Below are positions 1-9,667 of a stretch of DNA of 64,000 nt, one piece after another; the stretch's first letter is position 1, and every line of letters starts with the position of its first letter. A program made the translations under genes and the position numbers. Under the pieces are notes generated by a model. The model did not search any database and was not told where the DNA came from. It worked only from the letters and a program-made list of their open reading frames with translations. This DNA comes from Mucilaginibacter sp. UBA5151 (GTDB lineage Bacteria > Bacteroidota > Bacteroidia > Sphingobacteriales > Sphingobacteriaceae). Location of the stretch: the NCBI GenBank assembly GCA_002413785.1, contig DHXR01000052.1, positions 7,380-71,379 on the forward strand, given 5' to 3'.

Positions 1-984
1 TTCCCTGTAACCATAGTCGGTCAAGATAATAATGTCAGGTTTATAATCGAGTTTAATATCCAGGCCATTAAAAAAGCTGCTTGTAAAAAAGTTATATTTT
101 TTGAGTAGTAGTTCATCAAATTGACTTTCGGCTTTATAATTATAATCTTCAAAAGGTTTAAACAATTCAACACCCTCGTTTGAACAAAATATTCTGTGAT
201 CGTTTGTAAGCTTAAGTTGGTCGATTAGTTCCTTGATTCCATCAAGTGAATTAAAAAAGATACAATAATGGTCAGAATCATTTGTTTCGATATACTCTTT
301 TAACCCGTTGACGATACTATTTGAATGTACTAAATTTATTTTGGGCATATACATTTCCTTATTGGCATCAATTTCGAAATCAGGCGTTATTTTAATATTT
401 TTAAAATTCTTCTCTTTGAACCTGGGATCTGTTGGAGCAATTGGAGTAGCAGAAATCATCGCCTTATTTTCGAAATCAAAAAAATGCTCCATAACTTCCA
501 CCATATCGTCCCGATATTGAGCGTCTTTGATGAACTTATGGCACTCGTCAATTAAGAAAAAGATGTTTTTCTTGTAATCAAAGTACTTTGATTCTTCGGT
601 AACTGTATTTAATGCGGAAATTATTTTGTCGACACCCTTCGGTGTAGTTAATATTTTAAGGTATTCATAGTCTTTTTCTATATGGTTAATAATGTCTTTT
701 ATTTTAATTTCACCATACACAGCAAACGTGTGATCATCTGTTTTATGACCTTTATTTTTGCTTTTAACAATAGAAATATGAGGCAGGACTATTATGCTGT
801 GCCTCTTCGCTTTGATTTCACTGGTTGTGGCGCCGATACCGGTTACAGTTTTATATATTATTGAGTCTTTTGGAATGGGATTCACACCTTTGATTTCAGT
901 AAAATATTTTACTGTATTTGGAAATTCATGAACTTCATGAAAGACTATATTGAAGTTGTTTGTGTTTTTATCTATTGGTAACAT
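1..984 (-). CDS. SF2 (DExH) helicase-like protein, 3' end outside window
   Basis: Manual translation from ATG at 984 gives 328 open codons. Motifs: KTVTGIGATT (variant Walker A), LIDECH, ISAT, YCIFFNS, TSSFFNGLDI. Missing from the ORF track because no stop lies in the window. Confidence 0.85.
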   Translation of the reverse strand, partial: MLPIDKNTNNFNIVFHEVHEFPNTVKYFTEIKGVNPIPKDSIIYKTVTGIGATTSEIKAKRHSIIVLPHISIVKSKNKGHKTDDHTFAVYGEIKIKDIINHIEKDYEYLKILTTPKGVDKIISALNTVTEESKYFDYKKNIFFLIDECHKFIKDAQYRDDMVEVMEHFFDFENKAMISATPIAPTDPRFKEKNFKNIKITPDFEIDANKEMYMPKINLVHSNSIVNGLKEYIETNDSDHYCIFFNSLDGIKELIDQLKLTNDHRIFCSNEGVELFKPFEDYNYKAESQFDELLLKKYNFFTSSFFNGLDIKLDYKPDIIILTDYGYRE

Positions 985-1026
985 GGTAAATTGTGTTTGA
1001 TAGTAATTTGAGTGTTGATTATTATT

Positions 1027-1054
1027 AAAAGAGAGGTGCTTGGATAGACCTCTC
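1027..1054 (-). terminator. Intrinsic terminator after the 198-aa ORF
   Basis: GAGAGGT/ACCTCTC stem followed by TTTT on the minus strand. Confidence 0.5.
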
Positions 1055-1095
1055 TCGATGATTTGAACTTACAATTTGAATTAAGCTTGCTCGAA

Positions 1096-1692
1096 TTAGT
1101 AAAGCTCGTTGAAGCCTACACAATACCCTTCATCAAACCATTCTCCACCTTCATCATAACAAAAATCGCCATAGCCATTCGCTTCATCTTCCTCTGCTAA
1201 GGCAACGTCATAAGGTGCATTTTTTGCAAAGTCTTCGCAAGCTTCACTAATTGTTTTAAACTCGCCAAATAGGGCTAGGAATTTGACATCGTTGGCATTC
1301 TTAAATGACGGGGCTTCATTTATGATGTCGAAATCAAAAAATACACCCTGGGTTTCTTTGCCGTTGTTCAATCTAGGCCCAATGCCTAAATCATAAACGA
1401 AAATTGTTTTATTAATGAGGTGTTCCAGCGCTGCAACCTTATTTAATTTCGGATCAATGGGAAGATTCAGTAACGCTACCTCGAATTCTAAGCCGTCAAG
1501 GAAGAAACCTTCTTTACTTGCTTTCCAATTTACTATACCTATTGGAACCTGGTCAAATTTGTGAAATTCTCTATAAATTATAGTTCTTATAAAAAAATAA
1601 CCTGATCTTGGTGCAAGTCTTCCAGTACCTTCCAATTTTGCGTTATCAAATTTTTCGCTAACTCTTTCAGACATTTGGTTAAATAAATTCAT
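1096..1692 (-). CDS. Hypothetical protein with acidic/aromatic C-terminal tail
   Basis: 198-aa ORF; TATTTTTG promoter-like motif at 1728-1735 (minus); no recognised family. Confidence 0.7.
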   Translation of the reverse strand: MNLFNQMSERVSEKFDNAKLEGTGRLAPRSGYFFIRTIIYREFHKFDQVPIGIVNWKASKEGFFLDGLEFEVALLNLPIDPKLNKVAALEHLINKTIFVYDLGIGPRLNNGKETQGVFFDFDIINEAPSFKNANDVKFLALFGEFKTISEACEDFAKNAPYDVALAEEDEANGYGDFCYDEGGEWFDEGYCVGFNELY

Positions 1693-1824
1693 GATTAGTA
1701 TGCCATTTTGTTTTTTAGATGGCGATACAAAAATATAGCAATATGTTTATAACATATTGATTATCTGTTATTTACAAAGGTCAAGGAAGGGCTGAAAAGA
1801 TCATTAGGTTGACCTTTACTATTT

Positions 1825-3033
1825 TTAAATAAATTTCTTTTTACGATTTAAATTTTTAAAGGCATTATCAAATTTCGTACTTGAATACAATGGTTTATTA
1901 CTTAGTTCAATCTTAAATTTACTCAATCGTTCTTTTATTTGCTTTATCGAGCTGGAGTCGCTCCATTCACTTGTAGAATTTAAAGGCAATCCAATCATAA
2001 TCAGGTATTGGTAGATAAAATTATTCCTTTTGCGTTTTGTTATAATTGGGTCTTTAACTGATAACAGTTTTTCCGTCTCTAAATACATCATTATACCGGA
2101 ATAAAGCTGATTTAGGTTATAGATATTCTGACTTTCTGTATTATATTTATTTGTCGAGTGGTTTAGTTTATCGTATTCACCTGAAAAAAAATCGTGCTCA
2201 AGTAATGCTTTATAAAATTCGGTGTTATGTTCTTTTTGTTCCTTAAATAGGGTCTTAACGATAAAAGTATTAAATTTTATATTTTGTTCCTGATCTCTTT
2301 CGGTAAAAGTAACTGTCTTTCCTCCAATGTTATAGCTAAAATCGATTTTAATGTCTTTTGAAACTATCAGAAAATTTGGTTGCTCTTTCTCGTTTGACTT
2401 TTTAACTTCAGGCAATTTAATATTAATGTTAAAATATGCTACGATCCGCTTTATTACCTTGTTTTGCAAATCTTCATCAATCGTACTAAAGTCAATTTCG
2501 CCTTCGGTATTCTTAAATTCACTTTCCGGTTTTCCAGATAGCATTGATAGATAGCTTAAAAGTATATTATCTTTTTCATAGGAATCCAGATGATCATAAA
2601 TTGCATCTTTGATAGTTTCAATTGTATATTTAGGGAGTGGTGCTTTTATAAAGTTTAAAAGCAATTTGCCTCTTGTTCTCAACACATCATCCACATAAAC
2701 GTCGCTGTACTTATCTCTATTTGCTATAACATAAGTGTTAGCAAGTAAAAGTAATTCGTCAGCATGTTTTTCTAATTCAGATGATGATGATTCTAATACC
2801 GAATTAAATAACTCAATAAATTCACAAAGGAATGGTTCATCATATTGTTGAAAATAAGGGAATTTAAAAGGGACAGTAAACGAAGCAGGCCGATAAAAGG
2901 TAATACTATGCTCACCATAGGGATACATTACGAGGTCAACAAGTTTTTCTAAACTATATTTTGTGATGAAATCATAAGTCAATGATAATTCGATTTGTGA
3001 TTGGTTATCGTTATCTAGAACTATTTTAGGCAT
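1825..3033 (-). CDS. Hypothetical integrase-adjacent protein
   Basis: 402-aa AT-rich ORF co-oriented with the integrase; no recognised motif. Confidence 0.75.
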   Translation of the reverse strand: MPKIVLDNDNQSQIELSLTYDFITKYSLEKLVDLVMYPYGEHSITFYRPASFTVPFKFPYFQQYDEPFLCEFIELFNSVLESSSSELEKHADELLLLANTYVIANRDKYSDVYVDDVLRTRGKLLLNFIKAPLPKYTIETIKDAIYDHLDSYEKDNILLSYLSMLSGKPESEFKNTEGEIDFSTIDEDLQNKVIKRIVAYFNINIKLPEVKKSNEKEQPNFLIVSKDIKIDFSYNIGGKTVTFTERDQEQNIKFNTFIVKTLFKEQKEHNTEFYKALLEHDFFSGEYDKLNHSTNKYNTESQNIYNLNQLYSGIMMYLETEKLLSVKDPIITKRKRNNFIYQYLIMIGLPLNSTSEWSDSSSIKQIKERLSKFKIELSNKPLYSSTKFDNAFKNLNRKKKFI

Positions 3034-3112
3034 TTTCTTTGGGATTAAAATTTGAAATTATGAAAAAAGGCGGGTTTGAAATACAGCATACTTCTTATAA
3101 GGTCACTAAGAT

Positions 3113-3142
3113 AAAAAAAGCAGGATAGTTACCTACCTTGCT
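3113..3142 (-). terminator. Intrinsic terminator after the integrase
   Basis: AGCAAGGTAG-GTAA-CTATCCTGCT then T-tract on the minus strand. Confidence 0.6.
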
Positions 3143-3161
3143 CCTTATGTAATATATATAT

Positions 3162-4493
3162 TTATTTATATTTCGAATAGATTGATAAGCTCGTCTTTTG
3201 CAATTTATACTTATTTAGATCGATAGACGGCCTTAAAGTAAAACTGCAGGGATTTCTTACCAACTTAAGGCAAGGAATTACATTTATAATAACCTTATCA
3301 TTCATTTGGTCTATAAGACTTTGGTCGAAATCATCAAGGTAAATATTGGTTATCTTATTACCATACTCATGTCCTAAAGATTCAGCAATCATCTCGTTTG
3401 AATATCCAAGTTTCTTAGCTGTAGTTGCCCAGGTATGTCGTATCACATAAGTGGTTAGATTGATTTTCAGTTTACATTGCGAGGTAATTTGATTCAGATA
3501 ATTGTTGGTTACTTTAATCCATTGTCTTGTAATTCTTATAGCAGCCTCACTATCTTCAATCGTACCTTTAGTAAAGACTGGCAATAAATAATCTGTTGGG
3601 TTGTCTTTGTAATAATTAAATATTTGAATAGCCACAGGATGAAGTTTAATGGTATAAAGCTTCTTTGTCTTCCGCCTTCGATAAGTTATGTATCCTTTGT
3701 GAATATTTTCACTTTTCAGATAAGCCATATCTGTAAATGACATGCCTCTTAATGCGAAACTCAGGAATAAGAAATTAGCTGCATGCCATTGTTGTGAATT
3801 GGTTTTTTTTGGACAATTGTAAATTTTAGATAACTCATCGCTACCAATTGCCCGTTTGGCAGTCTTTTCAGTTTTTATTGAAATGTCATAAAATGGATAT
3901 AAATCTCGTGCTACGATCTTAGCCTTGATAGCTTTATTAAATAAAGCCCGAATAGATCTGAAATAATTTCCAATAGTGTTTTTGCTCATCCCCTCTTGTG
4001 ATAATTTATTTTGAAAGTTATCTAATAAAGTGTAATTTATATCCTTAAATTCAAGTTTAAGGTTGTCAGTATACAGCATTAATCGGTTAATAGCGGTTCT
4101 ATAAACAAGTGCATTCCCTGTTCGTTTAACCAATATAAATTCATCTACCACTTTGTTAGCAAAGTTTAGAAATGTAGTATTTATAACAGGTTGTATTTGT
4201 TTAGGCATAAGTTTAGACTTTAGCTTTTCAAAACAAAATGGTTCAGATTCCTCTATTTGAAGAATTGCCTTTTGAATTTCATAGTAACGCTTACTTAATG
4301 CAACATTGATAGTACTGTAGTTAGGATGTGTACTTCTTAAATTAAGCTTATTTTGATCCCAATCATTTTCCTTAATTGATATTCCCGAATGAATTAAATG
4401 AACCTTTTTAATGTTAGTTACTCTAAAAGTAACCGGATAAGTACCATCAGATTTTTTTCTTCTGACGTCTAAAACAATTTTTAAATGAACCAT
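3162..4493 (-). CDS. Tyrosine recombinase/integrase (arm-binding, SAM-like and catalytic domains)
   Basis: N-terminal LDVRRKKSDGTYPVTFRVT arm-binding-like segment; catalytic LRGMSFTD, YVIRHTWAT, LGHE, TNIYL. ATG 4493 preferred over the track start at 4529. Confidence 0.95.
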   Translation of the reverse strand: MVHLKIVLDVRRKKSDGTYPVTFRVTNIKKVHLIHSGISIKENDWDQNKLNLRSTHPNYSTINVALSKRYYEIQKAILQIEESEPFCFEKLKSKLMPKQIQPVINTTFLNFANKVVDEFILVKRTGNALVYRTAINRLMLYTDNLKLEFKDINYTLLDNFQNKLSQEGMSKNTIGNYFRSIRALFNKAIKAKIVARDLYPFYDISIKTEKTAKRAIGSDELSKIYNCPKKTNSQQWHAANFLFLSFALRGMSFTDMAYLKSENIHKGYITYRRRKTKKLYTIKLHPVAIQIFNYYKDNPTDYLLPVFTKGTIEDSEAAIRITRQWIKVTNNYLNQITSQCKLKINLTTYVIRHTWATTAKKLGYSNEMIAESLGHEYGNKITNIYLDDFDQSLIDQMNDKVIINVIPCLKLVRNPCSFTLRPSIDLNKYKLQKTSLSIYSKYK

Positions 4494-4538
4494 AAATTTG
4501 AGTTTATGGCTATGGTTTGTGTAAGTCACACCTTAAAA

Positions 4539-4593
4539 TTTGCAAACTATTTGCAAACTATTTGCAAACTATTTGCAAACTATTTGCAAACTA
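4539..4593. repeat. Five perfect tandem copies of TTTGCAAACTA
   Basis: Units start at 4539, 4550, 4561, 4572 and 4583; each contains the palindrome TTTGCAAA. Confidence 0.97.
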
Positions 4594-4606
4594 AGTCAAG
4601 AAAAAC

Positions 4607-4798
4607 GTGCCAGGCATGAAAGATTTCAGGGGCACCATCCTCTTTACCACGCGTGACCATGAGTTGGTTGAAACTGTAGCCAACAGGATTATAGAAATAA
4701 CCCCTGGCGGCACTATAGATAAGCTGATGACCTACGATGAGTATATCAACAGCGATGCGGTGCAGAAACAGCGGGATGAGTTGTACGCGATGGCTTAG
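4607..4798 (+). pseudogene. Orphan 3' fragment of an ABC-F family ATPase gene
   Basis: GMKDFRGTILFTTRDHELVETVANRIIEITPGGTIDKLMTYDEY matches the C-terminus of the second ABC domain of YbiT-like ABC-F proteins; no upstream gene body. Confidence 0.8.
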
Positions 4799-4914
4799 GT
4801 GAAGGGCGAAAGGTAAAAGGTGAAAGGTTTTCATCTCCAATTATGCTTCTTTCGGACTTTTCCGACTTTCGGACTTCAAAAAAAATCCGTTTATTTGCAG
4901 CCCGTCTTTACAAT

Positions 4915-4987
4915 GACTTGGTAGCTCAGCCGGTAGAGCAACTGACTCTTAATCAGTGGGTCGAGAGTTCGATCCTCTCCCAGGTCA
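4915..4987 (+). tRNA. tRNA-Lys(CTT)
   Basis: Acceptor stem GACTTGG/CCAGGTC, D arm TAGCTCAGCCGGTAGAGC, anticodon loop CT-CTT-AA, T loop GTTCGAT; CCA not encoded. Confidence 0.97.
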
Positions 4988-4990
4988 CTG

Positions 4991-5025
4991 AAAGCCTTTC
5001 AGCAGAAGTTGGAGGGCTTTTTTTT
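4991..5025 (+). terminator. Terminator of tRNA-Lys
   Basis: AAAGCCTTTC...GGAGGGCTTT stem plus T8. Confidence 0.8.
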
Positions 5026-5142
5026 ATTGTGTAAGCACAGCCTACAGGCATAGTTTATCCATTTTGGAAATCTAAGGAATGTGGGTTTATAAAGTTAATT
5101 GAACTTACTCAGCTATTACCAATAAGTTCAGGACTTTCATTT

Positions 5143-6009
5143 TTATTTCGATTTATGTTTTGGATTAATTCCAATAGTGTTGATCAAAGTGCCAATGGCA
5201 TCAATACTGATTTCCACTACATCACCCTCCTGCAAAGTAAAGTCAGGCGAAGGTACAAGGCAGGTGCCGGTCATCAGGTAGCAACCATGCGGGAAATCAC
5301 ATTCGCGGTATAGATAGCCGGTTAATTCGGTAAATGATCGTTTTATACGGGAAACGGTGGTAGCGTCTTCATAAACTTTCACTTCATCCCGTTTAATATT
5401 CATTTTTATGGCAGTATCGCCGCCTATTGGTGATGAAGTAACGTAAAGACAGGGTCCCAGTCCGGCACTTTTTTCATAAATTTTAGCCTGCGGCAGATAT
5501 AGTGCATTTTCCCCTTCAATACTCCTTGAGCTCATGTCGTTACCAATGGTATAACCCTGTATATTTCCGTTTGCGTTGATAAATAAGGTTAGTTCAGGCT
5601 CCGGTACATTCCAGGCGGAATCTGTGCGGATAAAAACCTGTTGTTTATGTCCCGATACCCTGGAGGCTGTTGCCTTAAAAAACAACTCCGGGCGTTCGGC
5701 ATCATACACCCTGTCGTATAAACTTGCCGCCCCCGAACTTTGCGACTCTTCCATGCGGGCATCACGGCTTTTGAGGTAGGTAACCCCCGCGGCCCATACC
5801 TCCTGGTGTCCAATTGGTGGCAAAATACAATTATCTTCCAGGTATTTCACTTCCTCGCTAAGGGCTAATTGCCTGGCAGTTTTGGTTTTTGACAATAAAT
5901 AAGCTTCCAGGTTATCCCGGTTAACCAGGCTATCCCAGTGCCCGTTGATCAGAAACATGGAGTAGTTGTACTCCAGTATTATCCCGTTAATGGTGTTATA
6001 CAATTTCAT
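5143..6009 (-). CDS. Fumarylacetoacetate hydrolase family protein, XylX-like (2-keto-3-deoxy sugar acid dehydratase)
   Basis: QEVWAAGVTY, RPELFFKA, VPEPEL, GNDMSSR, YLPQAK motifs. Confidence 0.85.
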   Translation of the reverse strand: MKLYNTINGIILEYNYSMFLINGHWDSLVNRDNLEAYLLSKTKTARQLALSEEVKYLEDNCILPPIGHQEVWAAGVTYLKSRDARMEESQSSGAASLYDRVYDAERPELFFKATASRVSGHKQQVFIRTDSAWNVPEPELTLFINANGNIQGYTIGNDMSSRSIEGENALYLPQAKIYEKSAGLGPCLYVTSSPIGGDTAIKMNIKRDEVKVYEDATTVSRIKRSFTELTGYLYRECDFPHGCYLMTGTCLVPSPDFTLQEGDVVEISIDAIGTLINTIGINPKHKSK

Positions 6010-6218
6010 GATCAATTTTAAAGAAAATTTTCGTCAAATTGATATTTTTAATTTTGTTAGTTATGACTTTGTCTGATCTTTGGTCAGGATCTCCCCGAAC
6101 AATACCTGTATAATAGGGGAACCTATTATAAACAATCCACTTATCCTTGAAACTTCAATTATTCTGCCATACATTTGTTAAGCTTGTGCAAGTACGCTGC
6201 ATTATTATGGCCTGAAAA

Positions 6219-6443
6219 ATGATAAATGAATCATATCCTAAAATATATTTATACAGACGGTTAGTTCAGGCAAAACTATTTATTGACACCCACTATGCCG
6301 ATAATATTGACCTAAGCAACATTGCTGATGAAGCGTATTTTTCCAAGTTTCATTTCATTAGAAAGTTCAAACATATTTACCGTAAAATACCGCACCAATA
6401 TTTAATTTTCGTACGAATTGATAACCAGAATCAATACCCTTGA
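6219..6443 (+). pseudogene. Truncated AraC-family regulator (first HTH only)
   Basis: AKLFID...LSNIADEAYFSKFHFIRKFK...PHQYL..VRI then diverges; second HTH absent. TACATTTG promoter at 6170-6177. Confidence 0.7.
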
Positions 6444-6828
6444 TGAACATAGCACGGCCCAGTGGGGTAAGATGAATATTTATCAGATGTTAAAACATTG
6501 TACTCTTTGGGAAGAAATGATATCTGGTAAAATAGCGTGTAAACGGTCATTCCTTGGCCGATTGTTCGGTAAAACAGTTTTGAAAGATTTTATCAAAGAT
6601 GAAAAACCTTGGAAGCGGCATTCACCAACAAGTCCTGAACTTAGGGTAAAAGAAAGAAATGGCAATGTTGCATCCGAAAGAACAAAATGGATTGCCCTGA
6701 TTGAGGGAAATGCTCATTTTTCAAATTCCAGCTTCGTACATCCCTTTTTCGGAAAAATGACAAAAGAACAAATTGGAATTTTAGCTTATAAACACACTGA
6801 CCACCACCTAAGACAGTTTAACAGTTAA
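6418..6828 (+). CDS. DinB-like/DUF1569 protein, probably lacking about 10 N-terminal residues
   Basis: WGKMN...QMLKHC, HPFFGKMT, YKHTDHHLRQF. Confidence 0.75.
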   Translation: MITRINTLDEHSTAQWGKMNIYQMLKHCTLWEEMISGKIACKRSFLGRLFGKTVLKDFIKDEKPWKRHSPTSPELRVKERNGNVASERTKWIALIEGNAHFSNSSFVHPFFGKMTKEQIGILAYKHTDHHLRQFNS

Positions 6829-6989
6829 CTCAATTAACAAAAAAGATGATCAAAACTTTTAATATGCAGACCGCTACGTTTGTTTATGAATTGATAACAT
6901 AATAATCATCTGAATTTCGTTGGGTTTTTGGTTAAAAGTTGTTCTCCGCAGATCTTTAACTCAGAAAAATTAAATTTTTATAATCACAG

Positions 6990-9315
6990 CTAATCAGATA
7001 AGGGTGACTGGTGCTTTTTTATCTTAATGATGATCAGCTTTGAGGTAGGCGTATTGCTTTTTTCAGCTACGCTGTCAATCGGCACTAAAACATTGGTTTC
7101 CGGATAATAGGCAGCGGTATTACATTCGGGGATATTATAGGGCACCACTACAAACAGGCGTGCAGCGCGTTCAACTCCACCGGAGTAATTAAACAGGTCT
7201 ACCTTCTCCCCTGTTTTAAAACCTGCCTTTTGCATATCAGTTTCATTCATAAAAATAACCCGCCGCTCATTATACACACCTCGATAACGGTCATCCAGTC
7301 CGTAGATAGTGGTATTAAACTGATCATGGCTCCGGATGGTTGTCAGCATATATTCATCATCAGCAATTTTGTTTACAGGCAGCTCAGTAATAGTAAATGG
7401 CGCTTTACCCTCAAATCCGGTATTTTCAAACTTACCTTCCCGCGGAGCATTAGGCAGGTAAAAGCCTGCCGGCTGACGAACTTTTTGATTATATTCTTCA
7501 AAACCCGGTATAACTTTGGCAATTACATCACGCACAGCATCGTAACTGTCAGCGTATTTATCCCAGTCAATAACAGAACGGGAACCAAGCGTTGCTTTAG
7601 CCAGCTTACAAACTATTTGGTTTTCATTCAACAAGTCTTTCGATATGGGTTCTAAAACACCTTTCGATAGCTGTACAACCCCCATGGAGTTTTCGCAACT
7701 GATAAACTGCGCTTCGCCATTAACCATATCCTTATCACTTCGGGATAAAGTGGGTAAAATAATGGCTTCTTCCCCGTGTACAAGGTGGCTCCTGTTCAGC
7801 TTTGTGGATACCTGTACTGTCAATTTCAATTTACGCATGGGTTCGGCGGTGTAAAGAGTATCCGGCGTAGCTGAAATAAAATTACCGCCCATAGCGAAAA
7901 ACACCTTTAACTTTCCCTGCTGCATGGCTTTTATAGCTTCAACCACATCATAACCCTTTTTACGGGGTGGCTCAAAGCCGCAAACTTCCTTTAATTTATC
8001 CAGTTGTTTTTTACCGGGGTTTTCCCATATCAGCATGGTACGGTTACCCTGCACATTGCTATGTCCGCGCACAGGGCATAAACCTGAGCCGGTTTTGCCA
8101 ATGCTGCCCTTTAATAAAACAAGGTTTACAATTTCTTTTATGGTATCAACGCCATTAACATGTTGCGTAATCCCCATGGCCCAACAGATGATGATCCTGT
8201 TTTTATGTTTCAGTGTTTCGGCAGCTTCTTTAATTTGGCTCAGCGGGACACTGCAGGCTACAGCAAGTTCATCTATATTATATTGCTGCAGAAGATCAAC
8301 AAATACTTCATAGCCAACAGTTTTATTTTGTATGAACTGTTGATCAAACACCTTTCCCGGGTTTTCCTGTTCAGCACCATAAAGAAGTTTTTCTATCGCC
8401 TTCAACAGCGCTAAGTCTCCGTTAATTTTAACCTGCAAATACAGATCGGCCAGTTGGGTGCTAAAGCCCAGCACCCCTTTTACGGTTTGCGGGTTTTTAA
8501 AAGCCATTAAACCTGCCTCGAAAAGCGGGTTTACCGCGATAATTTTCGCCCCGTTTTTTTTAGCCTTTTCCAGCGCCGAAAGCATCCGTGGATGATTTGT
8601 ACCGGGGTTTTGCCCCATTATTATGATGACATCTGTATCATAAAAATCATCCAGTGTAACGGTGCCTTTTCCAATACCTATGGTTTCAGTTAACCCAACA
8701 CCCGACGATTCGTGGCACATATTTGAGCAATCGGGCAAATTATTGGTGCCAAATTCTCTCACAAACAGCTGATACATAAAGGAAGCCTCGTTACTGGTAC
8801 GGCCCGATGTATAAAATGCCGCCTCATCCGGCGAAGCTAAACTGTTTAAATGATGGGCTATCTTCTTAAAAGCATTATCCCAGCTGATCGGCTGGTAATG
8901 CGTACCGCCTTTTGGCAAATATACAGGCTGCGCGATCCTGCCCATTTTGCCGATCTCATAATCATTCAGCTTTGCCAGGTCGGCAACGGAATGATCAGCA
9001 AAAAATTCGGCAGTCAGTTTTTTTGTAGTCGCTTCCTCGGCCAGCGCCTTGGCACCGTTTTCACAATACTCGGCAATAGGCGAGCGGTCGTCATCCGGAT
9101 CGGGCCAGGCGCAGCTCGGGCAATCAAAAACCGCCCTTTTTATTCATGTGAAAAAGACCTTCCATGCCCCTGACCAGCCCGGCTTCTTTAAAAACATCCT
9201 TCCCGGCCTCAAGAACAGCCGGAATACCTGCCGCCCATTTTTTTGGTGAACTTAGCTTCAAATCCAGCAGTTCTTCCGGATTTTCGGCGGCTGGTTGTTC
9301 AATCCCCTTCTTCAT
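6990..9315 (-). pseudogene. FdhF/YdeP family molybdo-bis-MGD oxidoreductase, frameshifted
   Basis: N-terminal 63 aa (9124-9315) join the 651-aa ORF via DCPSCAWPDP...EYCENGAKA if one T of GGTTTTTGAT (A5 at 9126-9130) is removed. Confidence 0.9.
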
Positions 9316-9667
9316 AATTTTTATCAGCTAAAGGGTTAGGATAGTTGTCACTTTGATCTTCGTTTACATTATCCAGGCAGGCAAAATCTTTTTCAACAAG
9401 TATATGCAGCGGACCGGCATCATTTTCAAACCCAACCCTGTTGGTATTTATCAATTCATTGATCATCCCCTTAGGCATCAGCAGGGTAATGGTATGGTCA
9501 ACAAAAGTTGATGACAGCTCCTTGTCATCCGTCAGCCTTATCGCGTAAATTAACGACTGCTTTCCAAAGCTTACTTTATCATCGAGGTAGCCGGTCAAAG
9601 CTAATTTTTTTATAGCCGAACGGGTAAGTCTGTACCTTATCGAATTACTTTTAATACGTATTTTCAT
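9299..9667 (-). CDS. Conserved hypothetical protein (DUF7009-like)
   Basis: [17 protein letters not shown] and [10 protein letters not shown] motifs; overlaps both neighbours. Confidence 0.75.
   Translation of the reverse strand: MKIRIKSNSIRYRLTRSAIKKLALTGYLDDKVSFGKQSLIYAIRLTDDKELSSTFVDHTITLLMPKGMINELINTNRVGFENDAGPLHILVEKDFACLDNVNEDQSDNYPNPLADKNYEEGD

Larger units (their letters stand above)
1..4606. mobile_element. Right end of an integrative element or genomic island; continues left of the window
   Basis: AT-rich co-oriented minus-strand block (integrase, two orphans, helicase). It ends in 5x11-bp repeats and joins a 5'-less ABC-F gene tail. The exact crossover is not resolvable here. Confidence 0.8.

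Noticed and set aside
4539-4593. CRISPR array or plasmid iterons
   Set aside because: 11-bp head-to-tail units with no spacers and no adjacent rep gene; the context is an integrase end.
4915-4987. tRNA-Lys as target of the integrase at 3162-4493
   Set aside because: The element lies 5' of an intact tRNA and is separated from it by the ABC-F tail; the tRNA-derived repeats lie on the other side.
9124-9131. Programmed frameshift or phase variation in fdhF
   Set aside because: A 5-nt run is short for phase variation, and the partner fdhD is independently inactivated; decay or a sequencing error is simpler.
7230-9249. Many plus-strand ORFs over fdhF, and similar antisense ORFs over moa, clp, aro and GH63 genes
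   Set aside because: Shadow ORFs opposite well-supported genes.
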